From Octopus bimaculoides (taxonomy: Eukaryota): a stretch of DNA of 41,437 nucleotides. Made by a program: the position numbers and the translations under genes. The stretch is taken from assembly GCF_001194135.2 (NCBI RefSeq), contig NC_069004.1, positions 6,713,243-6,754,679 on the forward strand. Reading direction: 5' to 3'. A model generated the notes under the pieces. The model ran no database searches, was not told the origin of the DNA, and saw only the letters and a list, made by a program, of their open reading frames with translations. Positions 25,382 to 38,430 of the stretch are shown here, one piece after another; positions within the stretch are counted from its first letter, which is position 1, and every line of letters begins with the position of its first letter.

Positions 25382-27756
25382 TTGCGCGTACATTTCCGTT
25401 TATGTGTATACATAGATAAACATATTTATATAAACATATATATATATATGTGTGCGTGTGTGNNNNNNNNNNNNNNNNNNNNNNNNNNNNNNNNNNNNNN
25501 NNNNNNNNNNNNNNNNNNNNNNNNNNNNNNNNNNNNNNNNNNNNNNNNNNNNNNNNNNNNNNNNNNNNNNNNNNNNNNNNNNNNNNNNNNNNNNNNNNNN
25601 NNNNNNNNNNNNNNNNNNNNNNNNNNNNNNNNNNNNNNNNNNNNNNNNNNNNNNNNNNNNNNNNNNNNNNNNNNNNNNNNNNNNNNNNNNNNNNNNNNNN
25701 NNNNNNNNNNNNNNNNNNNNNNNNNNNNNNNNNNNNNNNNNNNNNNNNNNNNNNNNNNNNNNNNNNNNNNNNNNNNNNNNNNNNNNNNNNNNNNNNNNNN
25801 NNNNNNNNNNNNNNNNNNNNNNNNNNNNNNNNNNNNNNNNNNNNNNNNNNNNNNNNNNNNNNNNNNNNNNNNNNNNNNNNNNNNNNNNNNNNNNNNNNNN
25901 NNNNNNNNNNNNNNNNNNNNNNNNNNNNNNNNNNNNNNNNNNNNNNNNNNNNNNNNNNNNNNNNNNNNNNNNNNNNNNNNNNNNNNNNNNNNNNNNNNNN
26001 NNNNNNNNNNNNNNNNNNNNNNNNNNNNNNNNNNNNNNNNNNNNNNNNNNNNNNNNNNNNNNNNNNNNNNNNNNNNNNNNNNNNNNNNNNNNNNATATAT
26101 ATATATATAAGCATGTGTGAATAGATAAGTATACACAAGTAGCAAGTATTTTTTATACCTGTCCTGTCATCTAGATTTATGGAAAGTTTTATTCTGCCTT
26201 CTGACATTAACTATTCGCTTCTCATTACCAATCTTTCTTATTTCTCTCTATTTCCCTTCTATCTCTGTAAATCTCTCCCTTTTTCTCCGTCTCTTTCTCT
26301 CTCTCTCTTTCTCTCATTTTATCCCTCTATCGACCTGTCCGTTGCTCTCCCGAGAAAATATGTTTGTGCCTGTGAGAATGTGAGTGTGTATGTGTGTTGT
26401 GTTTATGCATACGAGACTACTTGTCACTGTATGAATATATGTGCGCATATAGCGAAATACTATTATAACCACATACATGTGTGTGTGTGTGTCTGCGTGT
26501 GTGTGTTTGCATGTGTGTGTATCACTGTATCTATGTGCGAATCTATATATATATTTTGTATATATATGTATGTATATGTACAAGTTATATATCTATATAT
26601 ATATATATATATATATATATAATGAATAAAAGAATATATATATCTGTATGTGTTTATTATATATCTACGTATGATGTTTGATGACTAAATAACCGGACTG
26701 CTGCCATAGTAACGAAGCTAAATCACACAGAGTAATGCTGCTTCGAACAGATTGACCTTGGTCTCTGCTGTGAATGTGCACTAAGTTTTGACGTTCTAGC
26801 TCAATTCAGCTGTTTACGGGAGTCCCTGGAAGGAAGGTGTGTAGCGTGTGATTGTCACATTGATCATGACAGAGAAAGTTGTCAACATGACACCTGCTCA
26901 GAGGCCTATGCAAAGTTGCATATGTATATGTGCGAGTGAAGAATATATATATATATATATANNNNNNNNNNNNNNNNNNNNNNNNNNNNNNNNNNNNNNN
27001 NNNNNNNNNNNNNNNNNNNNNNNNNNNNNNNNNNNNNNNNNNNNNNNNNNNNNNNNNNNNNNNNNNNNNNNNNNNNNNNNNNNNNNNNNNNNNNNNNNNN
27101 NNNNNNNNNNNNNNNNNNNNNNNNNNNNNNNNNNNNNNNNNNNNNNNNNNNNNNNNNNNNNNNNNNNNNNNNNNNNNNNNNNNNNNNNNNNNNNNNNNNN
27201 NNNNNNNNNNNNNNNNNNNNNNNNNNNNNNNNNNNNNNNNNNNNNNNNNNNNNNNNNNNNNNNNNNNNNNNNNNNNNNNNNNNNNNNNNNNNNNNNNNNN
27301 NNNNNNNNNNNNNNNNNNNNNNNNNNNNNNNNNNNNNNNNNNNNNNNNNNNNNNNNNNNNNNNNNNNNNNNNNNNNNNNNNNNNNNNNNNNNNNNNNNNN
27401 NNNNNNNNNNNNNNNNNNNNNNNNNNNNNNNNNNNNNNNNNNNNNNNNNNNNNNNNNNNNNNNNNNNNNNNNNNNNNNNNNNNNNNNNNNNNNNNNNNNN
27501 NNNNNNNNNNNNNNNNNNNNNNNNNNNNNNNNNNNNNNNNNNNNNNNNNNNNNNNNNNNNNNNNNNNNNNNNNNNNNNNNNNNNNNNNNNNNNNNNNNNN
27601 NNNNNNNNNNNNNNNNNNNNNNNNNNNNNNNNNNNNNNNNNNNNNNNNATATATATATATATATACAGTATACAATATGTGTGAGTGTCAGCATATATAT
27701 ATACATGTATGTATGTATATGAATGTATGTATGTTTGTATGCATGTGGCTTTCAGC

Positions 27757-27810
27757 AGGTGCGGATGTGTGGTAAGAAGCTTGCTTCGAAACCACATGGT
27801 TTAGGGTTCA
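27757..27810 (+). mobile_element. SINE family A head, truncated at the B box
   Basis: aggtgcggatgtgtggtaagaagcttgcttcgaaaccacatggtttagggttca. Confidence 0.8.
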
Positions 27811-28060
27811 CGCATAGTTTCAGATGTATCCACTTCCCCTACAGTTTCCAGTTCATCATTATCCACCTTGGTCTCAGGTCTACTTCGGGGCTGATTTTCA
27901 AGAGTAAAGTCAACAGACTGGAACTCCTCAAACAATCGACTTACAGTGCACTCATTCGCCACATCTTCACCAAACACCTCATTGATGTTTCGAGCTGTCT
28001 GAGATGCATTGGTTCCATGATGGAACTCATGTTCATAAGCAACACAATTTTTTTATCTAT
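27807..28060 (-). mobile_element. Mariner transposase N-terminal (HTH DNA-binding) fragment, decayed; probable element 5' leader continues to about 28290
   Basis: Minus-strand translation (DKKI / frameshift) YEHEFHHGTNASQTARNINEVFGEDVANECTVSRLFEEFQSVDFTLENQPRSRPETKVDNDELETVGEVDTSETMRE. It closely parallels Hsmar1/cecropia-type FEFKMGRKAAETTRNINNAFGPGTANERTVQWWFKKF..GDESLEDEERSGRPSEVDNDQLRAIIEADP. Confidence 0.9.
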
Positions 28061-28873
28061 CCCCGGGTTCACAAAAATCGATTTACAAGAGAAAACTCAC
28101 AATATAATCAGACACCATGAATTGCATTTCGAAAAGTGATGATGTAACTCTTCAATGTTGTAAAACATAAAATTGTCAGGATAAAACGTCAGAGTTAACG
28201 ACTGTCAAACTTGGTGCATGAAAAATTCTTAATGGCCTGATATTTCATTGATTTTAAAAAGATGAAAAACGAATTTGGGCGCAAAACGTAAAGAGCCACG
28301 AAAAATACAGTTCAACATTTTGACCGACTTGTTTAAAAAAAAGCCAGCGTGTCGCCTTGAAGATGAAGATACGATTCTCGCTCTTCCCTCTCTCTCTCTC
28401 TTTCTTCCTCTATCTCTGTTTCTCTCTCGCGCTTTCTTACTTTCTTTCTTTCTCTCTATCTTTCACACACACACACACATATGTATATTCATTGACGTCA
28501 TTAAAGTAATTGATACCAATAAAGATCGAAAGGTACCCAAGGTTTTTAAAATATACACATGCAACATAATGTGTTGTATTTTTTTCTGTCATTTAAAAAT
28601 ATTGAAAAGACACACTTCGTCACCATTTCCAATACTATATATTTCATAATCCGGTGACATTAATAGATAAAAGTTGACAATGAAAACATCCAATAACAAC
28701 AATAACAACAACATAAGGAAGAATTTTGGTAAAATACTATAAACAGTTTTCAGAATGTTGCGTATATTTGTTAGGTGTAGAGGAATTCAAAAGAAAATAT
28801 TGGTAAGGGCATAAATAATTTATAGGCATAGAGGAAATAATAAAATATCTGGAATTGGAAAAATAATAAAAGC

Positions 28874-28913
<40 letters not shown>

Positions 28914-29376
28914 TATATATATATATATATATATGAATTTGTGTGGGTTTGAGTGTATCCATACATATGCATATACATAGGAAGATATATGTTATTTATA
29001 TATACATATATAGAGAGACAGACAGACAGAAAGAAACAGAGACAGTGTGATACATATATCTNNNNNNNNNNNNNNNNNNNNNNNNNNNNNNNNNNNNNNN
29101 NNNNNNNNNNNNNNNNNNNNNNNNNNNNNNNNNNNNNNNNNNNNNNNNNNNNNNNNNNNNNNNNNNNNNNNNNNNNNNNNNNNNNNNNNNNNNNNNNNNN
29201 NNNNNNNNNNNNNNNNNNNNNNNNNNNNNNNNNNNNNNNNNNNNNNNNNNNNNNNNNNNNNNNNNNNNNNNNNNNNNNNNNNNNNNNNNNNNNNNNNNNN
29301 NNNNNNNNNNNNNNNNNNNNNNNNNNNNNNNNNNNNNNNNNNNNNNNNNNNNNNNNNNNNNNNNNNNNNNNNNNNN

Positions 29377-29425
<49 letters not shown>

Positions 29426-29760
29426 ATGCATGTATATGTATGTATAACATGATAAATTCTTTGAATCATTGTTAAATAAAATATAAGTAGATATATTCCG
29501 GCGCGTAAAAGACTCCATATTTCTGCTAAAGTAATAAAATGCATTTTGTTTTTAGTGTTGGACTTCAACAATAAAAAGCTAATTATGCAAGCAATGAGCC
29601 AATAAAACGAAGAGTAATATATATAACAATACAACAGATAGCCATTACAAAACGACGAATTAATACATTCCATTTTGAAATCAGGTATTGAAGGTCGCTT
29701 AACTCCTGCCACTTGTTAAATTCTGCTTGATGGTTTTTGATGCCTAAGACATAGTGTTGC

Positions 29761-29794
<34 letters not shown>

Positions 29795-29809
29795 GCTTTT
29801 TATTCTTGT

Positions 29810-30050
29810 TCTTGTTGGGAATTTTTGTGATGTTTCGAGATGTACAGTGCACATGACCATTTTATTTTGTCTAGGTGAAAAGATTTCGTTCTGACCCCAG
29901 ATTCTAAACCAAGGAGGCGCCTGACACTGATTACACGTTACTGTTGCCTTGTTGACATCATTAAACAACTCCGGTATATGATGTGGTTAATATGACTGAA
30001 GAAGTTTTAACTACAGATTCAGGATATATCTATCACCCTTGTGATTCATA
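29810..30050 (-). mobile_element. Possible Gypsy integrase zinc-finger/core remnant
   Basis: IPELFNDVNKATVTCNQCQ has the same spacing as WPGMRKDIEEYVKSCxxCQ. It is followed by PPWFRI...NKMVMCTVHLETSQKFP, loosely like PWxRI...L.VVD..SK.P. No LTRs are seen. Confidence 0.3.
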
Positions 30051-30286
30051 CAACAAAGGGACAATGAGACTGTGAAATTCAAATCAAGAAAGAAGCATTA
30101 CCGATGTAGATTTATTTTGTATCTTTTCTCGGTCGATGAAATAAGGTAGCAGCCAGGTTCTGAGGTTAATATAACCGAATATTCCTCTCAACAAAATTGC
30201 TGTCTTTGTGCCAAAATTTAAAGCAATTATTGTTAACATTTTAATTAGCGGAGACATTCTCTTTAGATTTGAAAAGAACAAGTTCT

Positions 30287-30595
30287 TCAAATCTCAAGGA
30301 TCTTTGTTAGGTTCTGGCAGAATACAGAATAGCACATTTCTGAAGATCACCAAGACAAATCTCAATTCCAATAGCTATTAGCCTCCAATGTTGTATTTTG
30401 GCTGTTATGCCAAGTGTACCAATTACCAGGGGAACAATTGTTGTCTTGTTCATTCACAGACTCTTCAACTCTTCGGCGAGATTCCGATATTTCTCATTCC
30501 TTTTCTTTTTAAAAAAAAATTTCTTCACTTTCAATTTCTCTACTATCATATGGTTTTGCAATGTCTATGATCTTACAAAGTTTATTTATTTTGTA
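30287..30595 (-). mobile_element. R4/Dong-like (RLE-encoding) non-LTR retrotransposon 3' fragment: restriction-like endonuclease C-terminus
   Basis: Minus-strand translation KINKLCKIIDIAKPYDSREIESEE../EKYRNLAEELKSL*MNKTTIVPLVIGTLGITAKIQHWRLIAIGIEICLGDLQKCAILYSAR/LTKILEI*. It matches the R4/Dong/Rex6-type C-terminus C.IIDIA.P.D.....E.EK..KY..L..EL..LW.....VVP.VIGALG.......L..IG.......LQK.A.L.TARILRKVL. Confidence 0.85.
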
Positions 30596-31103
30596 CTCTG
30601 TAATCTTACGTCATTATTATCAAAAGAAGTATAATCGATTGAAACCGTTTCCGAATTTCCTGTGTTTTCTTTGAGATTTTTTCTTTGCATTTGCCTAAGT
30701 GGGGTGAAGTGAGGAGCGTTATTGTGGGAGGTGTCAAAGAGGTGGTCATCGTAAGCCACGAATCAATATTGCAAATACTTAGTGACATAAAATAAGCTAC
30801 AATTAAAAATAATGTTTAGACGGCCATTTTTTTTTAACTGGCGTCAGCAAATACGGTTGTCATTTACATATTTTGGAAGTCACTTCGTGGCAAGGATTAG
30901 TCGATAGCATTGACTGCAGTACTTCATGTCATTGAACCGAAGGTATGAAATACAAAGTTAATCGAAGTGGTTATTTGAACGCAAACAGTAAAGAGGTGGA
31001 TTAAATAATAAATACTACAAGGTATTTTTTCGACACTCTATATATATTCTACAGGCCCCCACCTTCAATAAAAATGGCAAGAACAAAAGCAACAGCTGCA
31101 GCA

Positions 31104-31104
<1 letters not shown>

Positions 31105-31176
<72 letters not shown>

Positions 31177-31210
31177 AAATAATAATAATAATAATAATGA
31201 TAATAATAAT
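31105..31210. repeat. (AAT)n microsatellite at the 3' end of a family B SINE; a second (ATC)/(AAT)n array lies at 31438-31503, at its 5' end
   Basis: Direct reading. Confidence 0.97.
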
Positions 31211-31430
31211 CCTTTCTACTAAAGGCACAAGTCCTAAAATTGGAGGCGGGGTAGGGGACTAGTCGTTAACATTGACCCCAGAATTCCACTGGAACTTAAT
31301 TTAACGGTCCCGAAAGGATGAAAGACAAAATCGACATCGGCACGGAATTTGAACTCAGAACGTAAGAACGGGTGAAATACCGTTAAGTAAATTGCCCGGC
31401 GGGCTAACGTTTCTGCCAACTTGCTGCCTT
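31211..31430 (-). mobile_element. SINE family B, full-length copy
   Basis: Head aaggcagcaagttggcagaaacgttagcccgcc...gagttcaaattccgtgccgatgtcgattttgtctttcatcctttcgggacc; tail ...ttttaggacttgtgcctttagtagaaagg. Confidence 0.9.
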
Positions 31431-31446
31431 CCTCCTCATCATCATC

Positions 31447-31507
<61 letters not shown>

Positions 31508-31737
31508 CGAAAACTGTTGTAAATAATGATAACACACTCTGTTTTTCTAAGCCACACTGCTTTCATTTTTTTTTGTTTTTTGTCTTTCCTTCCATGACCT
31601 ACACGGATCTTTTAATGAAGTTCAGCAACAAGAAGACTGTTTGATGACACGTAGAAACTCACAACATGTTAATTAAAACAAACGGATATTATGTGATCTT
31701 GTTGTTATTGGTGGTGTGGGTGGTGCTGTTCGTGATG

Positions 31738-31785
31738 GTGGTGGTGGTGGTGGTGGTGGTGGTTGTGTTGCTGTTGTTGTTGTTG
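31738..31785. repeat. (GGT)n/(GTT)n microsatellite
   Basis: Direct reading. Confidence 0.95.
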
Positions 31786-32345
31786 TCTATTTTACCGTTG
31801 TTGCTTTATTTCTTCGGAGTTATTTTCTTTACAACATGTCCGCCATGAAAACAGGCATTATCGTTGTTCTGTTTTTTTTTCGCTGTCGCTCTTCTTTATA
31901 TACTGTCCGCTATTAGCTGTAATGCTGCTGTTGTTTCTGTTGCTATTGTATGTTTGTTAGTTGGTTTGTTTGTGTGTTTGTTTGTCGCCCCAGGGTATAA
32001 TTAGCATTACACATTTGTGATTCTTTGCCAAAAACTGTTATAGTTTCTGGTAAAATAAAAATACAATAAAATGAAAATGTCGATCTCAATATTGACATTG
32101 CTAAAACATATACGAACGCCAAATATATTCTACAGCGAGCCCCAGATAGACACAAAAAAATACACACAATCACGCACAAATACAAAGACACACTAATACA
32201 GGCAGACACGCACACACACACACAGACACACACGCACACACACAGACATACATATGTGTATATACACGTATCGGCACGCACATAAATGTACACATAGGCA
32301 CACAAGCATGAACAAATGCACGCCAACAAATAGACAGACACGTGC

Positions 32346-32388
<43 letters not shown>

Positions 32389-33809
32389 CATACAGAATCA
32401 TAAACATACATACAGAATCATATACATACATACATGCACAATCACACCCGCGTGCACACGCAAACACACACACATCATACGTAAGCAAATACAGACATAC
32501 GTGTACGTATTCACACGCAGACATATGAAATAGTGTACAGACTTAGAGCCACACGTATTTACACACCTAATACAAACGGATATTAATTCGCATAAAACAC
32601 ATATATACACCAGCGTTCATAGAAAGAAAATCATATACATACACATTGCTCGTAAAGAACAAAACTACGAAATTTTTCTGCAAAATCTTTTAGCAAAAAA
32701 AAACTAATAAAGAAGAAAACGAATAATTGTCTTTATATGAAAATTTGAACTTCGAAAACTTTTAAAATAAAATTTAAGAGATTTTTCACGCAGAAATTAT
32801 ATTTTTTGTTTTTTAAGTACACATTTCAATAAACAATGCAGCAAATATTTAAAAATTATATTTAAAAATGAATAAATAAAATATTATGAAGTATAAAAAA
32901 TGGAGTAGGAAATTCCGAATTTCGAAAAATTTAAAACAAAACATAAAAGAACCAAAATAAAAATTGTTAGTTAGAAACTGAAACAAAAGGAATTGTTTTG
33001 TTTTCTTTTAATGAATAATGTCGAGAAATTGGCAGCAACAAACGGACAAGCCTAGGTGAAAGAGAAACTATGTGACAGTCAAAAGAAAACATGGTAAGGG
33101 TTTTCATACAACAAGGATGGCGAGTTGAAAAAACTGCGACCAAATGAGAACTTCAGTTGTAATTAGTCAATAAAATCTGTCAGGGGTGTTTACTCCCGAA
33201 AAACAACTATCAAATAAGTCTTCTGAGATTAAACGATCGTAATTTTTTCAGACAATACGGATTAAACATCCGTAGGAAGGCTTTCGCATAATAATTATTA
33301 CATAATCTTAAATGATCACGTTTTAACTCTCCGCATACTTGTATAGATGCGTGCGTTTATATATGTGTGTGTGTGTGGACGAAGAATAAATTTATTACTA
33401 GCTACGATTGATTTGGTAGTAATAGTAGTGGTGGTGGTGGGGTGTTTAAAGCATTTTTTTTTTTGGCATATTCGTAATCTCCGACATCTAAAACGTAGGG
33501 ATCCGAGTAAAATCTTTTAACAAAATGCATTTTTCAAGGCGAAGTGCAAAACTGCATTAGCCCCATATATTTTTACTACATGTGTGGAAAATCGGTGTAT
33601 GTTTGTTTGTGGCGTTGTTAGCTAACTCCTCCTCCATTGTTTTATTGATTTTGAACACAAGCACTTGACACTCTTCCATCAGCACGTTTAACAATTTATT
33701 GTATAAGTGATAAATTTTAAACACGTTTACTCGTTAATGTACCGAGATCTGGACATTTGAGAACGTTTAAGACTCAGAAAAATGAGATTGGTATCAATAT
33801 GATTTTTTG

Positions 33810-34279
33810 AATATTCCGCAAAAGTTCACACAGAGTGCGGCTCGTAAGCTGTCCCTATCGAGAACGTTCTTGCAATGCTTAATGTATAACTTGAAATTAA
33901 AACACACCGTCGACATCTTTTACATTGTCTTCTGGACGATGTGCCAGACCGTCGGTTACAATTCTGTGAGATAAATTTTGACCATAACTCTAACGCACCA
34001 GTGTTTCTTTGTAAAATCATTCGGACAGATGAGGCTATGGACAGGTATAACTGTGTGTATTGGGCAAATGAATATCACCTCTCAACTGAAGCAGTAGAGA
34101 GTCAGAAAGTGACACACAGATTACGTCTCATAAGCTGTCCCTATCGAGAACGTTCTTGCAAGGCTCAATCCAAAATTTGAAATTGACACACACCGTTGAC
34201 ATCTGTTACATGATCTTCTGAACGACGACCCAGACCGTCGATTGCAATTCTGTGAGATATTCCCTTGACCATAACTCTA
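33810..34279 (+). mobile_element. Tc1/mariner-superfamily transposase fragment (second HTH to first catalytic D; probably a rosa/DD41D-like lineage) with a partial direct duplication
   Basis: Translation NIPQKFTQSAARKLSLSRTFLQCLMYNLKLKH / RHLLHCLLDDVPDRRLQFCEINFDHNSNAPVFLCKIIRTDEAMDRYNCVYWANEY (cf. SPQKS.R..ARELGISRTS..RIL..LKL.PY...L...L.EDDPDRRLQFCE...P.FL..I..SDEA.F....NRHNC.YWA.ENP). 33827-33992 is repeated at 34113-34279. Confidence 0.85.
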
Positions 34280-35500
34280 GTTATCTTTGGTGCAGCTGCG
34301 GTTAGTAAAATTTACCGAAAATGTTTCACGACGTGTTAGTGCCGCAATTCAGAACAAAGGCAGCCATTGCCGAACTGTTCTTCCAACTAGACTTGAAACT
34401 AGTAAAGAACAAAAAATAAAAGAGAAAAAACAATAACAGAAATAAAAACAACAACAAAAACAGTAGCAGCAGTGGTAACGCCAACACGCCAACACGCTAA
34501 CGCTCTCATCGTGATACTAGAGCGACCATTTTTTTTTTCTCTTTAATAACCATCAAACTTCGATTTTAAAAGTTCTAGCGACCTTTATCACAGGTTATAA
34601 TTGTAATTTCAAATGGTTTAACATTAAAATGTTATTTGTTCAATTTAAATTCTGTTTCTGCATTTTGTACCAAATACATTTATATTTTTTTCTCGATATT
34701 TGTGCATTTGTTTATGTCAGAAATCGCTGTCCTGAATATAACATTGTATACTTCCGTCTAAACAGAGTAAAAATATTCGATATTGAATTGCAAACTGATA
34801 TTTTTAATAATAGCCAATGCTAAAAATTCGTGATTTAAATAATTCTTTAACTCCTATTAATGCCAGGTAATTATAGCACGTGTCTTTGATAAAAGTTAGT
34901 GTGATTTGAGCAATTTCTTCCAACCAATTGAATAATCTTAAATAAAGAGGAAAGGAAATCGAAATACAAAGAGCCATTAGACAGCTTTAAGAACATGTGG
35001 TTATGACTGTCGTTGAGTCATAGTTGGCGTTGGTGTGCCTCTGTATTTTTTCTGTATGTAGGAGTGTGCTGCGTGTGTATGTGTGTTGTGTTTGTGTTTC
35101 TGTGTGTGTGTGTGTGTGTGTGCGTGTGTGATGTGTATGCTTGTAGCAAATGGCTAATTTGTGGAATGTGTCTTTACGTTTGCCGTTGAGAGTGTTGGAA
35201 TGTTAGTGTTTACGTATGTGTTTTCTTCTTTTTGTTCTTGTGTGGTGTAGAGTATGCGACTGTGTGACGAGTGTGTCTGGCTTCGTCTCTGTTTTTCTGT
35301 GTGTGTGTGTGTGTGTGTGTGCGTACGTGTGTGTATGTGTGTGTGATGTGTATGCCTGTAGCAATCGTGTTGTCATTGCGAGTGTCTACATTTTAGTGCT
35401 TGCGTTTGTGTATTCGAGATATTGCTTAAAGTATGTGATCGGGTGCAATTATGTCTGTGCGTGTGTGTATATAAATATATATATATGTAAAGAAATAAGA

Positions 35501-35704
35501 AACGTTAGTACGCCGAGCGATATGCTTAACGGTATTTCGTGTGTCATCATGCTCTGAGTTCAAATTCCACCATGGTCGAATTTGCCTTTCATCCATTCCG
35601 GGTCGATAAATTAAGTACCAGTTGCGTACTGCGGTCGATCTAATCGATTGCCCGACCCCTCCTCCCCAAAAATTTCGAGCCTTGTGCCTAGAGTAGAAAA
35701 GAAT
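35501..35704 (+). mobile_element. SINE family B, slightly 5'-truncated copy
   Basis: acgttagtacgccgagcgatatgcttaacggtatttcg...tctgagttcaaattccaccatggtcgaatttgcctttcatccattccgggtcgataaattaagtaccag...ccccaaaaatttcgagccttgtgcctagagtagaaaagaat. Confidence 0.9.
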
Positions 35705-36315
35705 ATATACTTCAAGCATATTTGAACTGGAAATATGTTTGTATATAAATATATATGAATGCGCCTATTTGTGAATGCGGTATGCATCATATATGTGGGT
35801 ATAATTTAATCGAATGACAGAACAGGTAGGGGCGTCGGATAAAATACCTCGTGATATTAGTTTCATCCCTTTGCATTCTACCGAGTTCAAATTTGATTTT
35901 CCTCTTTCCAAGAGTGATAATGTATTGCACCAGTCAAGTAGGGGCATCGATATAATCGATCGGTTCCTATACACACACATTCGTAGGTTTGTATATATAT
36001 TTACGTAACGTATGTGTTTATGAGAGACTGTACCTGTGGATGGGTGGTTTGTGCGCGGGCACATTTATTTTATGTGTTTCGTTTTGTATAAATGATAGCA
36101 ATAACAGGAAGAATTAAATGTTAAAAATCTATCGATTAAGATATAATATTGATACTTGATATTCAGTTATTTCAGATGAACACATATATTGGAGCAGTAA
36201 TATAATACCAGCCAATGTGGGTACGTGTATATCTGGGACTGTATATGCATACATATATGTGTATGTATGTATGCGTGTGAGAGAGAGAGAGAATGTGTGC
36301 GTGTATGTGTGTGTG

Positions 36316-36353
<38 letters not shown>

Positions 36354-36756
36354 CATTTATATATATATATATATATATATATAGGTGTGTATATATATAT
36401 TATATATTATGTATATATATATATATATACTATATATTATGTATATATACATATATAATATTTATATATATGCATATATATAGATATTATATATGTATAT
36501 ATATACATTATATCATATATATATTTATATATGTATGTATATATATACACTGTGTACGTCCGTTTATTGTTTTGTCAATTTTTGTTTTTATTTTACATAT
36601 TTATATATATATATATGTATACACACACACACACACAAACACACACGTACACAAACTGATATACACATACGTATATGTTTACGTGTGTGCATGTAGGCAT
36701 ATACTTACACATACAAATACACACACACAAACTCACATACACACACACACACACAG

Positions 36757-36808
<52 letters not shown>

Positions 36809-36954
36809 CAGCGAAAACAATATTCTGCTAAGTACAGAAGTACCCACACCATTGCACAAGAAGATCACCGTACTGTGTGCGGTGTTCTAAATTCACAAGA
36901 ACCAGTGGTGCATATATATATATATACATATTATTTTTTCATGCGCCCTTTTTA

Positions 36955-37200
36955 AATCCTAGCCAAGCTCATGGGCCCGGCTTCCCGATTTCTGTAGCGT
37001 ATGTGTTCCTCCCACCCTCACCCAGCTGGACAGGACGCCAGTCCATCGCAGCGTTACTCAAGAAACAAGAAGAAAGAATGAGAGATGGTTGGGGCGAACA
37101 AGTACAACAGGGGTAGCCACTCCTTCCTGCCAGAGCCTCGTGGAGCTTTAAGTGTTTTCACTCAATAAACACACACAACGCCCGGTCTGGGAATCGAAAC
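36955..37200 (-). mobile_element. V-domain SINE (family C), truncated at the B box
   Basis: Colinear with 14149-14385. The V-like core reads gctgcgatggactggcgtcctgtccagc on the minus strand (37025-37052). Confidence 0.88.
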
Positions 37201-37204
37201 TTGA

Positions 37205-37500
37205 GCAGAGCAGCCGATGATATTGGCGTAGCTTCAACGGGTGCAGCCCATGTGCCAACATTTCAAATCAAATTATTCAAGTTTCCTGGATGAGAAGGCC
37301 AAAATGCACCACCCATCGGTAACTAAGCTAGCAACCAAGAATTTCCTTGAAATCAAAATAATCCGCTTGTGTCTTGCTTCGGCAACGTAAGTGCCATTCT
37401 AAAGAAAACAGTTTCGCTTCCGTCGTAATTACAATTTGCATGCGAACATCTCTTATATTTTTTCTCGAAGGAAACTGAAGAGCCTTCTGGGCACATAAGA
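37205..37500 (-). mobile_element. Possible Tc1/Tc3-like transposase catalytic-domain remnant
   Basis: Minus-strand pieces ALQF...QIVITTEAKLFSL, ISRKF...GWCILAFSSRKLE and YANII follow the order of Tc3-type RLEFA...VVFSDEKKFNL...SRRNFGGG.VMVWGAFS...LE...Y..IL. Weak, matched by eye only. Confidence 0.35.
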
Positions 37501-37581
37501 AACAGTTATTACTTTCTCCCATTTACAACGCCTCCTTTTCTTCCACTTCCACCATCTTCTCCTCCACTTCCACTTTTTCCA

Positions 37582-37653
<72 letters not shown>
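37582..37653. repeat. (ACT)n microsatellite
   Basis: Direct reading. Confidence 0.98.
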
Positions 37654-38317
37654 GTTTCTATACGAGGATATTTAATATTGTATTACTGGACCGTATTGTC
37701 TAAGTGATTTCTTTGACTTTGAATGGCACTGACTGACTCGTCTCTCTCTCCCTACTTACACACACACACACATACACGCACACACACACACATACACACA
37801 TACACACATGCACAAACACACGCACACACACACATAGACTTAGACAAACGCACCACATACACATGAAAACTTACACTCACACGAGCACACAAATATAAAC
37901 ACTCCCACATACGCAATTATATATTTATATATATATATATNNNNNNNNNNNNNNNNNNNNNNNNNNNNNNNNNNNNNNNNNNNNNNNNNNNNNNNNNNNN
38001 NNNNNNNNNNNNNNNNNNNNNNNNNNNNNNNNNNNNNNNNNNNNNNNNNNNNNNNNNNNNNNNNNNNNNNNNNNNNNNNNNNNNNNNNNNNNNNNNNNNN
38101 NNNNNNNNNNNNNNNNNNNNNNNNNNNNNNNNNNNNNNNNNNNNNNNNNNNNNNNNNNNNNNNNNNNNNNNNNNNNNNNNNNNNNNNNNNNNNNNNNNNN
38201 NNNNNNNNNNNNNNNNNNNNNNNNNNNNNNNNNNNNNNNNNNNNNNNNNNNNNNNNNNNNNNNNNNNNNNNNNNNNNNNNNNNNNNNNNNNNNNNNNNNN
38301 NNNNNNNNNNNNNNNNN

Positions 38318-38354
<37 letters not shown>

Positions 38355-38371
38355 TAGATAGATAGATACAC

Positions 38372-38430
<59 letters not shown>

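Noticed and set aside
31074-31262. ORF beginning MARTKATA, resembling the histone H3 N-terminus (MARTKQTARKS)
   Set aside because: The similarity ends after about 8 residues and runs into (AAT)n poly-Ile. The codons derive from a degenerate AAC/AGC repeat, and there is no histone fold.
32990-33140. Possible exon ending at the aaaacatg|gtaagg donor
   Set aside because: All three frames contain stops and no good upstream acceptor defines a coding exon; it cannot be supported without RNA data.
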